Shown: positions 17,029 through 17,091 of the stretch, in pieces
Layout: each line of letters begins with the position of its first letter
Numbering within the stretch: position 1 is the stretch's first letter
NCBI GenBank assembly: GCA_043732185.1
Contig: JAYTHY010000009.1
Location: 1-17,091 of the forward strand
Direction of reading: 5' to 3'
Source: Fibrobacteria bacterium
Lineage (GTDB): Bacteria; Fibrobacterota; Fibrobacteria; UBA11236
Length of the DNA stretch: 17,091 nt
The notes under the pieces: generated by a model
What the model saw: only the letters and a program-made list of their open reading frames with translations
Told to the model about the DNA's origin: nothing
Databases searched by the model: none
Translations under genes and position numbers: made by a program

Positions 17029-17091
17029 CCGTTTACAGTCTGGTCGTTCCCGTGATTTTACCCTGTAACTGATCACCGTGTGCATTTTGGA

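Noticed and set aside
17055..17060. TAAAAT -10-like hexamer on the minus strand upstream of ATG 17028
   Set aside because: No convincing -35 or extended TG, and it lies at the window edge.
1..17091. CRISPR arrays, tRNA/rRNA, IS elements, integrases, defence systems
   Set aside because: No repeat-spacer arrays, RNA-gene signatures, transposase motifs or terminal inverted repeats seen. Nearly all of the sequence is accounted for by CDS.

Overview
Bacterial window, probably from a Fibrobacterota-like organism (inferred from two C-terminal secretion-tag-like domains), with 9 genes. Left, minus strand: a Cu/Ag-type heavy-metal RND efflux operon (TolC/CusC-like, CusB-like with an N-terminal heavy-metal-binding domain, and CusA, which runs off the left edge and is missing from the ORF track). 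It is headed by a ~144-aa ORF with a hydrophobic N-terminus, three Cys-Cys pairs and a C-terminal PPLYL motif. Divergent from it, plus strand: a second tripartite RND pump (adaptor, AcrB/MdtC-type permease, TolC), then a secreted vWA-domain protein. Right, minus strand: a PVC-type putative dehydrogenase beta-propeller/HEAT protein without the usual heme domain, then a ferredoxin-MBL-fold hydrolase. The best candidate for an undescribed system is the Cys-Cys/Pro-Pro ORF. It looks like a leaderless, metal-sensing translational-arrest leader, analogous to CutF/CruR but with different motifs, controlling a cus operon that has no adjacent transcription factor in view. All family assignments come from motif recognition, not database searches.
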